Part shown: one piece after another, positions 23,879 through 35,420 of the stretch | How the letters are laid out: each line of letters begins with the position of its first letter | Numbering within the stretch: position 1 is the first letter of the stretch | Assembly: GCA_010093745.1 (NCBI GenBank) | Contig: MU005978.1 | Span: forward strand, 62,001 to 126,000 | Length of the DNA: 64,000 nucleotides | From: Piedraia hortae CBS 480.64 | Lineage: Eukaryota | Direction of reading: 5' to 3' | Notes under the pieces: model-generated | The model's database searches: none | The model's input: only the letters and a program-made list of their open reading frames with translations | Told to the model about the DNA's origin: nothing | Program-made: the position numbers and the translations under genes

Positions 23879-25408
23879 CCATGACTACCGTTACATTGCA
23901 CCGATACGTTCAAGAGTAGTATCGTTCGATCTCAAATCGCTACCCAACGCATGTTGTTTTGTGATGGTATGTGGTACACTGGTGGAGATAATCGATGTCA
24001 AAATTGGACGGGCCAGGTGACCAATTTACCGGCGGGGCTACTCTGATACTTAGTCGGACCTCCCTTGGCTTTGACAAACGCTGCACACGCCGCGTCATGC
24101 TCTCAACGAGTGCATAACACTCCACGGGCGTATTGGAGGCCCATGCCTCCTCGATCCGCCCCTTCAGCTCCTCCTGGCTCTCGGCAACGGTTTCATAACC
24201 AGCCAGCCTCCTCTTGACAATCTCCCACAGATGCTCAATGGGATTGAGGTCCGGGGAGTGGGCAGGCCGGCCCAGAACAATGATCCCGTTGTCCTCAAAC
24301 CAGTCCCGGGAAAGCTTCTAGGTATGCTTGCTACTTCCGTCCTGCTGGAACTTGTCACAGCGGAGGGAGCGCATGCTACCCCGAACGTTATTACGCAGTA
24401 TACTGACGTAGTGCGGCGCATCCATTCGCCCACTGACAAAGTCGAACCTCCCCACTCCTGCTCCGGACATGCATCCCCAAATCAAGACATTCCCGCCGCC
24501 GTGCATGACTGTGCCCTTCACGTTATGATCCTCGAACCCAGTCTCGTGGGGATGGGGGTCCACGACCATTGCACGCCGTCGGATTCAACACGGTTGATTT
24601 TTAGTTTTCTCAGAAAACAGGAGCTTCTTCCAATTCTAAACCGTCCATTCCAAGTGCTCGGTGGCCCACCGAAAGCGATCAGCCTTTGCTTTCTTCGATA
24701 GTGCTGGGGCCTTTTTCTTCTTCTTGACAGCCCTTAATCTTTGCTCTTTGAAAGCTTTGCAGACGGTATCAGGACCGATGCTGATCCCTAGGTCACTCTT
24801 CAGCATACGGGCAACCTCTGGCGCCGATTTGCACTTGTTCGTGCGCATCAACCTGGCCGATCGCCTTTTTGTGACCTTATCCAGCTTCTCTGGACGCCCG
24901 GCCCTTGACGTTTCGACCTCGCCTCCCTTTCCAACAAAGTCCTTGCGAAGTTTCTGAACGAAAGTCTTACTACAACCAATGTCTCTGGCCACTTGTCGCC
25001 GAGACTTGCCCGCTTTGATACCCGTAAGCACGTTGTCGCGTCTAGGTTCTCCGAGAGGGCGCATGGTCAACAGGAAAGCGCAAATCGAATGTCAATGAAA
25101 CTCGCGACTCTACGGAACGTTGTGTAGGCATTTGGCGTGTGTAGAGGCGTTGTGCGTGGTTTGCGACTCGTTGTTTTGGTCAGAGGTCAGATTTGGAAGT
25201 GTCGCCGATAAATTGGTCTACGGACTCGTCCAACTTTGACATCGACTATCTCCACCAGTGTACCACATGTCATCACAAAACAACATGCGTTTGGTAGCGA
25301 TTTGAAATCGAACGATACTACTCTTGAACGTATCGGTGCAATGTGACGGTAGTCATGGTTTTGATGTGTCAAAAACCCTAAACATGTTACCAATTTCTCG
25401 GGGTACTG
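23879..25408 (-). mobile_element. Tc1/mariner DNA transposon, degenerate, with long TIRs
   Basis: 23879..24034 is the reverse complement of 25203..25358. The right TIR continues to ...GTACTG at 25408. Encloses a transposase relic. Confidence 0.9.
24043..25064 (-). pseudogene. Tc1-like DDE transposase pseudogene
   Basis: HTH region (SRRQVARDIGCSKTFV, GRPEKL), then HLEWTV*NWKKLLFSEK, HGGGNVLIWGCM, FQQDG, SPDLNPIEHLW and AKGGPTKY, with stops and frameshifts. Confidence 0.92.
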
Positions 25409-26243
25409 TGCCCCACCCATCAGGTGACCACGGGGTATGTTAGTCACTTCAATTTGATTGGTTGACGATTTGCGGTCGCTAACGAAAGTTAAAAATGGAA
25501 GAATAGTTCAAGGTGCAAGCAAATTTTCAGCTGGTGTAAAGTCATGATGGGGCATCAGGATCGCCCAGTACAGTGAGTGCGGGGTGTCAATCCAAGCCTA
25601 TTGGCCTACCACCCCGCGGACGCTAGTGGAAGTACGAGCCAATGCGAAAATTTGAGGTACAAGAACACGTTTCGGAAAAAATATGTCAGAACGTGGCATT
25701 AGGGTTTCTAACTATAACTCTATATCGGTGTGGTCAGGGAGTCGTCAAGTGCGCCGCAGCTGCGTCATCTGGACGGATGGGAAGAGTTTGAGCGAGGACT
25801 TGCAGTCGAGGTTTCGTATAGGAGATGGATGTGGCGCAAGATCTTGTCCGCTTTATCAGGCAATTCGCTTCATCCGATGGTGTGTGGAGGCCAATTGGGG
25901 AAGCTGGCATTTGGCCGAGAAGTGGATTTCGCGGTATCAAGGGTCCGCTATATACTGGTCCCGTGCGTAGGGATTTGCCATCTTACGGTCTAAGCGTTCA
26001 TGGCTAAAACGGTATCCACCGCGAGAAACGTTGACAACAGGAAGACGTTCCTTCGCGCTAAGCAGAGGGGAATCGTGCATCGAAGTGTGGACAAGTCAAA
26101 ACAAGTTCGGGGAACGCATTATTTTGGCATCAACGGTCACTACTTGCACCATATGAAAGAAAAGATTGGGTCGAATTGAGGTCCGAGTTCCCCATAATCT
26201 GCGCCTGCAGTCATTCGCCATCGGTGTACTATGTACCTAACAC

Positions 26244-28455
26244 CTACCTGATCCAACCCAATGCCGTGCGAAACGTATCCTGGCCTCGTTCGAGGGTAGC
26301 TTTGCGAACTTCAAGATTTTCGCGCATGCGGGTTGTCTCCTCTGGCTCTGCAGCTATGAGCGCCAGTTCTTCGTCTGACATGTCGCCAATGATTTCGGGC
26401 GAAAGCGTTTGTTGTGCTAGGTTGCGCAGCAGACAGCGCTCGATGACCTGTTTTGTGACTGCGTTGATGAAGTATTTGACTTCTTCCTGTATCAGGCGTT
26501 AGTCGGTGGCTCTGGGAAGACATAAGGAGGGGGCTCACCTCGTAGTACGCGTCCAGGGCATCTAGGGCTGCTTCGGCCGAGGTTTTGTCAATGTCGTGCG
26601 CGAGATCAGAATTCAGAGATGCTTTGAGTGTACCGGGGTTAACGTAATAAGAACCGCCGTGTTTCTGATTTACAAAGACTTCCGACCTATCGATAATGGT
26701 GTCAAGCTTGGCCCGATATTTGTCGTGTCTCGTGCGTTCGACTAAGGCCATGTAGGCAGGGTCGTAGGTTGTTGGATGCTCCTTGCAGTCCTTCAAAATT
26801 CGGCTGAGTTCTTTCTTAGCGGATGTCAAGCGTCCGTCAAGAGCCGGTGAGAGTTTCATCGACTTGAGACGTTCCGCTACATCAGCGGACACCGAATAGC
26901 CAATGCTTGCACCAGCAAACAACGAGCAAATCCTTGCTACCTGACCAATGTGGTATTCAGCAATTTCCCGCCAGTTAGCTGTCTGCTCCCAAAAAAGCTG
27001 CCCAATAAGGTAAGGGTTGAACGTTCCCGGTAGCTCGCGGCCGCGAGAGCGCACCAGAATCTTGCGTACGCGATCAATGGACTCATCACGGCTGGTGGTT
27101 ACTTGGTTTTCGGCAAAATGTTCGTACCCCTCGTCTAGGATTGGGCCGGCTGAGGCCTTTTTTTCCACTTCTGAGTCGGGAATCTTGAAGCGGTGGCCGA
27201 ATCGACGCATGGCAGTGGCAAACTGCAGATTGAGATATTGCACAACCGCGCGAAGACGCAGCCCATTTCCACCATCGTACATGTCTAGGTCGGGGTCCAT
27301 GGAACCAAAAAAGCCATGGTCATAGTTTCCATCTACTGCCGCCTTGACGATATCTTGATACTTGGTGCTGGCTCCGATGAGGAAGCGGCGCTGCTCTGAG
27401 GCTCGAGATCGTTTCTCGCCCAGGCGCCTGAGCTCTCGACAGACGTCATGGTGCTTTTCATTGAGTTCTTTTTGCAAGGCCGGCAGCTCTGTTTTTAGAT
27501 GCTTGTAGAGCAAGCGGCTAAGACGAGTGCGGAGTGAGTCGATCCCGACCGTTTCTCGGGGAAGATCGCGATACCTCCCTTGCGAGAAAAACGCCATCTC
27601 GGCAGCATTACGTTCGTCAAAGGTCTTCGAAGCCTCCTTGTCCGATCTGTTCTTCAACATGTGCCAGCCGAGCTCGAAGAAAATGTCCTTGTTGCTTGCA
27701 AGCTCGATCCAGGAAAGTTCGTTCTCTGATCCGGCTTCGAGAAAGTCTGGTTTAGTAATGATACCAATTGTGCGCCGGCCTTTGGGGTCAACTTCGCGAC
27801 ACTTTTGAAGGATGATCTGGTTTGCGTAATCGTTTTTCGCTGATACAACGGCCATGATGATGGTACGCTGCTCCTTGATGTAATCGTCGACTAAGCCTCT
27901 GATCAAATCCACGTCCTCCTTGGATTGCATCTTGTTCTCCGAATGAATGAGGCCAGGGAGATCCACCAAGGTAAGATGAGGTCTGCCCGGTCCGGCAATT
28001 TCGATTCGCAATACATCCCTGGAAAAAGCACGCATTATGCCATCGTTATCCCCAAGCCCCATGAGCACCGTTGCCTCGTCCATCAAGTCGGGGAGTTGTG
28101 AAAAGTCTTCGATCTTGCTGTTAAATCCCTCTAGACGTTTCTTTTCGTCGTCTGGGCGGACTTTGTCGGGGATAATGCAGGTTGAGATGGACGCAACAGG
28201 TGCCCGACGGAGAATGATCTCTGTTGCGAACCTGGTGCAAAGGTTCTCCTTCCGTGGGAAGGGAATCTCGGTGATAGCCTCAAGAACAGAGCTCTTACCG
28301 GACGACTGATCACCGGATACCACCAGCTGCGGAAGACCAATGATGCCCCCCAAGCCTCCGCGGCGTAGCTTATCCACCATATCCATGATCCGTCGTGAAT
28401 CTTCATTCTGAAGACCGCTCAAAGATGAGGTGTTAACTGCAGAGTTGGTGGACAT
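26244..28455 (-). CDS. Mx-like dynamin-family GTPase, about 719 aa
   Basis: complement(join(26244..26486,26539..28455)), 52-nt intron GTGAG...CTAAC...CAG. G1 GDQSSGKS, G2 CTRF, G3 DLPG, G4 TKPD, RSRGRELPG. The spliced GED reads AYYE^EEVKYFINAVTKQVIERCLL...MSDEELALIAAEP. Confidence 0.92.
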
Positions 28456-28784
28456 TCTGGCTTGTACAGGTGTCCGAAGGAGAGAGGTGACATCGGGCGA
28501 GGAAAGAAGCGTGGTATATAAGGGAACATGAGATCAGGGCCAATCATTGCGCGAGATAATGCTAACAAGGGAAATACTTGTGGGATACCAATCAAGAGGT
28601 GAATTCTTTCGCCGCCTGTCACGGCAACATGTGCATGATGGTAGCCGAATGGACAAATTTCGCTCCTTTGCTGCCTGACAAATTTGCCAAGCTTTGCCTT
28701 TATGACCCTCAATTGCCAATTTCCAAGGCCTGCTTTGATGGGGCCGTCTCCCACAGACCATCTGTGGCCAGCTCACAACAAACA

Positions 28785-29840
28785 GACCGGTGATCCGCGG
28801 TCGTTGGCACCTGTGGATTCGAAACGTCGTGCGAACTGTTTTGACTATCCTGCAAGTTCGTTCACGCCCAGGATCACACTCCATAACTGAACCAGCCGCA
28901 TGGAGCGTGTTGGCACGCCCTGAAAGGCGGCGAGAAATGCCTGAGTCAAACCTGGCAAAGCCTCTCAAAAGATGCAATGCCAATGCCGCAAACATATCTT
29001 GTGGATCATTCAGATTTCGTCCAAAGACCGCGCAATATGCGCCTGGGTAACCTGCGAAAAGAAAGATAGTATGCACGAGTGAGAACGATGGATGGAGAGT
29101 AGAGATGTGTTTTATGAGTGAATACAAGTATATCTTCGAGGGAACATCAGAGAATATATTCTGGGCTGGAAGGCCCGTGAGTAGCCTCGTATGAAGAGTC
29201 ATCAATTGTATGACCGTAAGCAAGTGGTTATACATGCAGTAAGACTGCATGCTGACAGTCTTACTCCATGACTCACCTAAAACAGTAGCAGGGCGCATTC
29301 ACCATGTCGCATGCGACATGACCCTGAGGGAAACCTCTGTGAGGACAAAACCTAGGGTGCAGCTACTGGTGTAAGAGATCTCGCGTAGTGGCATCGTACG
29401 TTCATAACAACGAGGCCTCATGCCAACAAAAACTTTATGCCGTTTTGTTGCTACCAATGTCGCGAGCGATCTCTGGGACGATCTGCCCGACATCGGGAGG
29501 GGAGCGATCCAGACCGGCTGGCGCGGTGGCAAGGTGGAGTTCCGGCACAGAGTCCACGGCCTCCTTGAGAAGCTCGTGCGGATGTGGGATTTTAAAAACG
29601 GGATACCTAGGCGCACATTGCGGGGTCCTTGGACGAAATCTGAGCCATCGGCAAAGTATGTTCGCGACATTTGCATTGCATCTTTGGAAAGATTTGGACA
29701 GGTTTGATTCAGGCGTTTCTCGTCGCCCATCAAGGCCTGGCGACGCATTCCCAGCAAACATTTCAGTTATGGAGAATTCCGCCGTTCGCACGACATTTGG
29801 CATCCACGGGGGGCAACGACCTCTGATAACCGGAGTGCTT
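28785..29840. repeat. Diverged inverted duplication (about 28785..29052 vs 29598..29840) around LTR D1
   Basis: Conceptual translations align: GYPGAYCAVFGRNLNDPQDMFAALALHLLRGFARFDSGISRR (minus) vs GYLGAHCGVLGRNLSHRQSMFATFALHLWKDLDRFDSGVSRR (plus). Confidence 0.75.
29053..29428 (-). mobile_element. Solo LTR, family D copy 1
   Basis: TG...CCAACA ends, reverse complement of 39740..40107. Shares a core of about 90 bp with family A. No TSD. Confidence 0.8.
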
Positions 29841-30550
29841 GTTGCGAGTAAATTGACATGCTCATGACAGCATGCTAAAGGCTTTTGACATCTAGCCTTC
29901 GACCAACAAGGGAGATTCTTTTGCGTACGTGAAACGCAGAAGAGAAGTCTCATAGACTGAGAGGAATGAAAGCGACCAGCCGGCCAAAAATCCACGATCT
30001 ATGCTGTGCTCATCACTGGTCTCACTCCTTCTGCACGGAAATTTCGAAACTTCTGATGAGCACGAAAAATGAGTCGGTTCATTCTTTCCATCAACCTCAA
30101 CGGAATGGATATGGACGTTGAACTGCTGCCTCGAGTCTGATGGCCTACCACCTCAAAGGTCAAAAATCAAACCTCAGCCGAGCCCCACTGAAGTACTTGC
30201 CTTCATCATTTGGACGAGCAGCGCCTCAATCCCTTGCCTCACGTACGGGCAACGTCATTACCATACGCACTACCACCATTCGTCCTGAGATAACCAGGTC
30301 GCTGAATCTGTAATTTACCAGGTTCATGGCTTGAGTTTTGAGGACATCGCAGCAGAAGCAATGAAATGGGCTACAGTCCAGGAAAGCAGTCCTGTCAACA
30401 CCCCTGCAGCTCTGGAGGATGTTGTCAATGAAACGGCTCAGACAGCGTTGTGCGCACCCGTCATACAGGCAGTACTTGTTTTCATCAATAGCGGAATGGC
30501 AGGGACAGTCATCAAGCCTGTTGATGAGGTCACTGTTCGACTTCAAGCGG

Positions 30551-31003
30551 GAGGAGTCCACCATCCACTTCCTCCGCATCTTCTGTCTTCTCTGGCCATA
30601 ACAGAGCATCAAACAGTAAAAGATTCAACGTCTGCCTTGGGCTCGCCTGCTCTGCTGTCACACCTCCGGCACTGAAGTTTTCGCGGAGGAGATGGGTGTG
30701 TATGTAAAGCGAAATGGAGAAGTGACCCACAGGATCACTATGTGTTTTGAAGTTGTTCTGCATTCCACTACATCTTGTTCAATATCTCCAGAAAGGGCAC
30801 GCACCATCATGTATGAGCACCCTTTGTGGAAGTCCACTATCCATTTCCTCCGCGTCTCCTCTGCCTGGACCAATGCATCCCAGAATCAAAGGACTTAATG
30901 TCTGCCCAGGCCCGCCTGTTTCGCCGCCACGTTCTCAATACCGAAGCTTCATCGGTGGAGATGGATGAGGATGTAAGGCGCAATGGAGGAGTGATCCACG
31001 GGG
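30551..31003. repeat. Diverged tandem duplication (period about 277 bp) in a minus-strand gene relic
   Basis: 30551..30733 resembles 30828..31003. Minus-strand peptides DPVGHFSISLYIHTHL/RRKWMVD vs NPVDHSSIAPYILIHL/RRKWIVD. Confidence 0.7.
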
Positions 31004-31558
31004 TTGCTCTGTACGTGCCTGGGGTTGCTCTGCACCAAGTTCAAGGGCGCTGCGAGGTGAGGTACGTCCTGTTCGAGATCCCGAGCAAGGGTACAGAATA
31101 TCACAGGCACGGGCATCTTTAGGGTTACCTTTCTATTCGTACAGCCAGTTGCTGTCGTATAATTTCTAATTGCAAAGGGTCAAGGCGGGACTTTGCACTT
31201 TGGGGCCTTGCCATGGAATGAAGAAGAGGTCAAGGCTCAGTGCTGCACGCATAGAGGTCATTTGGATAGAAGGAGAGAACGTTGGCGTTCGAACAATTTG
31301 GGTTGACATAAGCACACTATCATCGTTCAAGGTATAGCATCAATTATCGGAGTTCTATGACACATTTAGGCAAGAAATATATAATCATACTATGAGCTAT
31401 CAGGCTCTAGCACTGAACTCCTTGATGCCTTAAGCTAACCGGTCCTTCGAAGAGCTGATGACCAGAACTTTTCAAATGGAAGGAAATGGTCATGGCGGTT
31501 GGGGTTTAAAAGTTTCTTACTCCTAAGGAATGTATTTAAACATTCAATTCGTGCCTTT

Positions 31559-31918
31559 TGTTGGATTCAAGCATCGCCGCTAGCGCGTATGCGGGGCACT
31601 TGCAAAGCAAGTCAGCGATATCTCCTACACTACCAGCTCCACCCTATGTTTTACCCTCACATAGGTTTTCCCTCAGGGTCATGTCATACGTGACATGGTG
31701 AATGCGCCCTGCTAGTGTACGACGTGACGTCACCGGCCCACCGGTACAGAATATTTACCCTGACGTCCCCTCATAGAGATTTATAGTCATTCACACTGTC
31801 ATATCGACACTGGCATTGACTCAAATCCATCTGCATCTGTCCTGTCCCTGTATCCGTCTATCGCTTCGTCCTCTTCGGTCCGCTGCGCAATATCATCCAC
31901 GGGAGCCCAATCGTTACA
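31559..31918 (+). mobile_element. Solo LTR, family A copy 3 (360 bp)
   Basis: TGTTGG...TTACA, colinear with 22857..23216. Flanks ccttt/cactt. Confidence 0.9.
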
Positions 31919-32877
31919 CACTTCCTGAATTTATCGCATGCTGGAAGTCATTGGTGCTAGCCAACATCTGCTCGCGGTCACGATCCCACAAGTTGCGCAG
32001 ACGTTGCAGTTCGCGTTCTGCGCCTTCATAAATTGCGTCACCAGTGGCAATCAATTGTTTCGTGATATTCAACTCCAGTTGCTAATTTGGAGTGAATGAG
32101 CTTCGTTCATTGAAACAGTCGCTTTCAGCGCGGATCCACTTCCCAGTGGCGGTGACTAATGGCATCAACTTGGGATTGTTCTTGACCAACAATTTAACAT
32201 TCGTTCATGAGAGTTCAGAAACGTTATAAAGTCGTTCGATCGCGAATCTATGACTGACACCCATACTTCGTCTGTTTTTGGCGTTATACTTTGGGTCCTT
32301 AGCAAGGTTCCAATCTTAGGGAGAACGATTTCACTCCGCTTGTTCTTTGCATGCATCGCATGCTCTTGTTCGGCCATGCTGGCCATGGTAATTGTCTCAG
32401 GATCACATGCCCAGTTTGGAACTGCCTGGTATTCCGCGGCCACTGCAGCACCATTGTCATTGGCCTTCGATAATGACAAGTTTCGCCGCGTAAGCGCGGA
32501 TCAGCGTCGGAGCGTCATCCGGACGCCATTTTCAGTATCGGAGTTGCGCGCTGAGGCGACGGTTTCCTGCGTATGAACGTGATGGTGGGAAGGGTTCTTA
32601 TGAAACAAGAGAAGTAAGCGGAATAGATGTCTTGGCAGCTTTTACGACTCAGGTATCATGTGTCACCTGATGACTCCATCTGTTACATTTGCATTGCTCA
32701 CATCCTCCCCATCTAAACGTCTTTGGGCCAGTTCAAAGTTCTGATGTATACCTCCTAGGCAAGCCTGCCTAATTCTAGCACCAAAAGTCCTCACCTTTGC
32801 CATCGTTATCATCTCTCACAATCATGTCACAGTCATGTCACCGTTAGTCTCATCTCTCTTTCAAGGCCTTTCGCCCC

Positions 32878-34374
32878 TCATCGCAACCGATCCCTGTTAT
32901 CCCTCCACCAGGCCCAACACTCCGTATGCATGAGGACCGCATCAAGCCACCACTCCCCAAACGAATCCTCAATGTTCACGTCAAGCTTATCAACCCTCTC
33001 CTCTCTGCGCAGTCCACACAGCGCACACTGGCGTGAGGCCCTGAAACCGCCCTCCGCAGGCGCCAGGCAGGTAACCTTCATATTCACTGATAGCTCTGGG
33101 GGCGGTTGTATGGTTTGTCCCTTAGACCTCGCATTGGAATTGGCCCCAGCAACTGCAGCTCTCACCTTTCCCACTTGAGCACCCCAGAGCGCGAGCACAT
33201 CCAGCACCTCTCGGTCTTCTTTCCTGAGCTCGGCTCGATCGATCCCAGCCAGCTTCATACCACCCTTGCCGGAAGATGCACCAATCCGCATTCCCTGCGA
33301 AAGAAATATGTCTCGTTTCCATCGCGCTTTGCGTCCCGCAATAATGTGGCCCAGTACCCTTGCGGTCTGCAGGTGGCTGGAGAGATACTGGTGCGTGGCG
33401 GGGTCGGAGAGGAAGGCTATCCTGTCAGTAGAGCTGATCGGGAGTTTGGACAGTGGTGAGAGTAGGATCGTGTTTACTTCTGTGAAGGATGGAGGAAAGA
33501 GGGAAAGAAGAAGTGAGGGAGGGGGAATATTTGTTGGTGGGAGTTCAGAAGGGTCGGGATCGACTGTACTGCCCTTCGCAGTGGGTGATGGTGAACTTCG
33601 ACTTGAGTGTACTGATTTCGAACGATCATACTTCTCTCCCCCTGCTTCCTCATGGGCAGCTTGAATATCTTTGGACGCAGCGGGTTGAAATTCATCCCAC
33701 CAATCTTCTGTTTCCGCTTGATTGTTAGCACCCATTGCGGCTGGAGCTGCCTCAAAGTCATCCCATCCTCCATCGTCTTCCACTTCAACCGCAGTTGCAG
33801 AGGTGGGAACATCATTTTCCCAAGAAAGAAGGTCATTTCCACCCTTGTCCTCCTTGGTATAATCGTCCACATCAAAGAGAATATTGCTGTCGCTGGCAGT
33901 CGGTAACCCGTCTTGCTTCTCCATCTGCTCCCTGATGACTTTCTTGGAGTAAGCCATGGCAGCTTCAGGGTTCATCGCTAGGTTGTCGATTTCATCCACA
34001 CCCGCATTATAATCGCCATCGTTATCGTCGAAAAGAAGCGCCATATTACCCGCAAAGGGATGGCGACCGATTTTGGAATCTTCTCCCGTTTTTTGGGGCG
34101 TAGCTTTTCGGATCGGGAGAGGGTTTGGGGCGACACTTTCCTCCTTCTTTGAACTGCCAGGGGCAACGACTTTTTGGGTAGAGAAACTAGGCTTGGATTC
34201 AAAAGGGTTCTCATTTTTCCACGCGGGAGCTCGGCTACTTTCAGCGTGGGCTGCGACAGTGGAGGCATCTTCAAAATCCCCAAAGTCATCGAAATTGTCA
34301 TCATCGATCGTTGCCTTGGGGAGCCTATCAGATGGCGGTGCTTCTCCGAATGCCGCAAGAAGATCTTGGGACAT
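32878..34374 (-). CDS. Conserved fungal hypothetical protein (498 aa)
   Basis: Long ORF with acidic DDFGDF/WDDF motifs and a C-terminal CALCGL...EDSFGEWW...HTEC putative zinc-binding region. Confidence 0.8.
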   Translation of the reverse strand: MSQDLLAAFGEAPPSDRLPKATIDDDNFDDFGDFEDASTVAAHAESSRAPAWKNENPFESKPSFSTQKVVAPGSSKKEESVAPNPLPIRKATPQKTGEDSKIGRHPFAGNMALLFDDNDGDYNAGVDEIDNLAMNPEAAMAYSKKVIREQMEKQDGLPTASDSNILFDVDDYTKEDKGGNDLLSWENDVPTSATAVEVEDDGGWDDFEAAPAAMGANNQAETEDWWDEFQPAASKDIQAAHEEAGGEKYDRSKSVHSSRSSPSPTAKGSTVDPDPSELPPTNIPPPSLLLSLFPPSFTEVNTILLSPLSKLPISSTDRIAFLSDPATHQYLSSHLQTARVLGHIIAGRKARWKRDIFLSQGMRIGASSGKGGMKLAGIDRAELRKEDREVLDVLALWGAQVGKVRAAVAGANSNARSKGQTIQPPPELSVNMKVTCLAPAEGGFRASRQCALCGLRREERVDKLDVNIEDSFGEWWLDAVLMHTECWAWWRDNRDRLR

Positions 34375-34514
34375 TTTTTTGGGACTACTGAAGTAACATC
34401 CACTTCACACTCGATCGCGAACCGTGAGTAGATGGGATCAACGATGATAAGACTACGCTAAACCCAAATCGGCATGGTCATCAGAAACAGAGAAGTGAAC
34501 GCAGTACATACATC

Positions 34515-35185
34515 CTATACCTCCTGATTCCTCGGCAAACCCGACTTTTCAAACGGCATCTCACCCTTGATCCGATTATCCCTCAAGTTCTTTAACTTCT
34601 CTTCGTTGCCAACGTACGCCTCGTCGCGGTACTTTTCGATAACCTTATCCACATTCGCGTAGTGGCCTGCAGGGACGTTCCAGGCTGCGCCAGCTGTAAT
34701 CTGTCTATCAGTCTCTCAGCATGTCGTTCTCTCCATGAGATGATGGTAGACCTACTCAGGAAACCTCACTCTAACCGCCTTCGTATTCCTGAATGCGGTA
34801 GGCTCGTTGAGAAATAGAACCCTATCAGATCCCGCGCGGTCGAGCATTTCGGTGTAGAGGCTCTGCTGTTCGTTCCATTTCTTGCCCCAGGTTTCATACG
34901 TCTGCGCAATGTAGCGTGTGATGGGGTTCGCCTCATCGCTGTGTCGGAACTTGTAGAACCCGATGGCGCCAGGAATCAAAAGGAGGACAATGTAGAAGCT
35001 GCGCTACACAGCGAGTCAGTATAGGCAAAGGGATAGAAGGAAGGGCGTACGCCAAGCGACTCATTGCCGTGCGCATCGCCGGTGGAGGAGCGCGCTTCGG
35101 CGGTATATGATCGCGCTGTGATGCGCAATTTGAGAAGAGACTGGCAGATGCTTCGCGCTATAGGGGCTTTGATTAAAGGGCGCAT
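34515..35185 (-). CDS. Mitochondrial complex I accessory subunit, 17.8 kDa type (about 190 aa)
   Basis: complement(join(34515..34704,34756..35003,35051..35185)). Arg-rich presequence, ESLG^RSFYIV transmembrane segment, DRVLFLNE, RFPE^QITAGAAWNVPAGH. Confidence 0.8.
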
Positions 35186-35420
35186 GTCTGCTCGCTGGTC
35201 GGGTGCAGGGGATGAGGTCGATGTCCCTGTGCGGGCATATTCCGCTGTTACGTCCCACAACCCACATCTCACATTAGACTTCACAGCGGACATCTCACCT
35301 CAGATGTCTCACATCAAAAGGTGCAGGTGATGGATAGTGTCAGAAAAGAGCCTGATTCATCTGCATGATTACGGTTCTCAGTGTGTACGCCACTATTACT
35401 CTCGTGAGTTTCATGCCCCT

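Noticed and set aside
26311..26538. C-terminus of the 714-aa dynamin ORF as given in the track
   Set aside because: It reads through an intron; the spliced frame restores the GED and ends at 26244.
22300..32600. Starship or other giant element carrying the dynamin
   Set aside because: No DUF3435 tyrosine-recombinase captain and no element boundaries are recognisable in the window.
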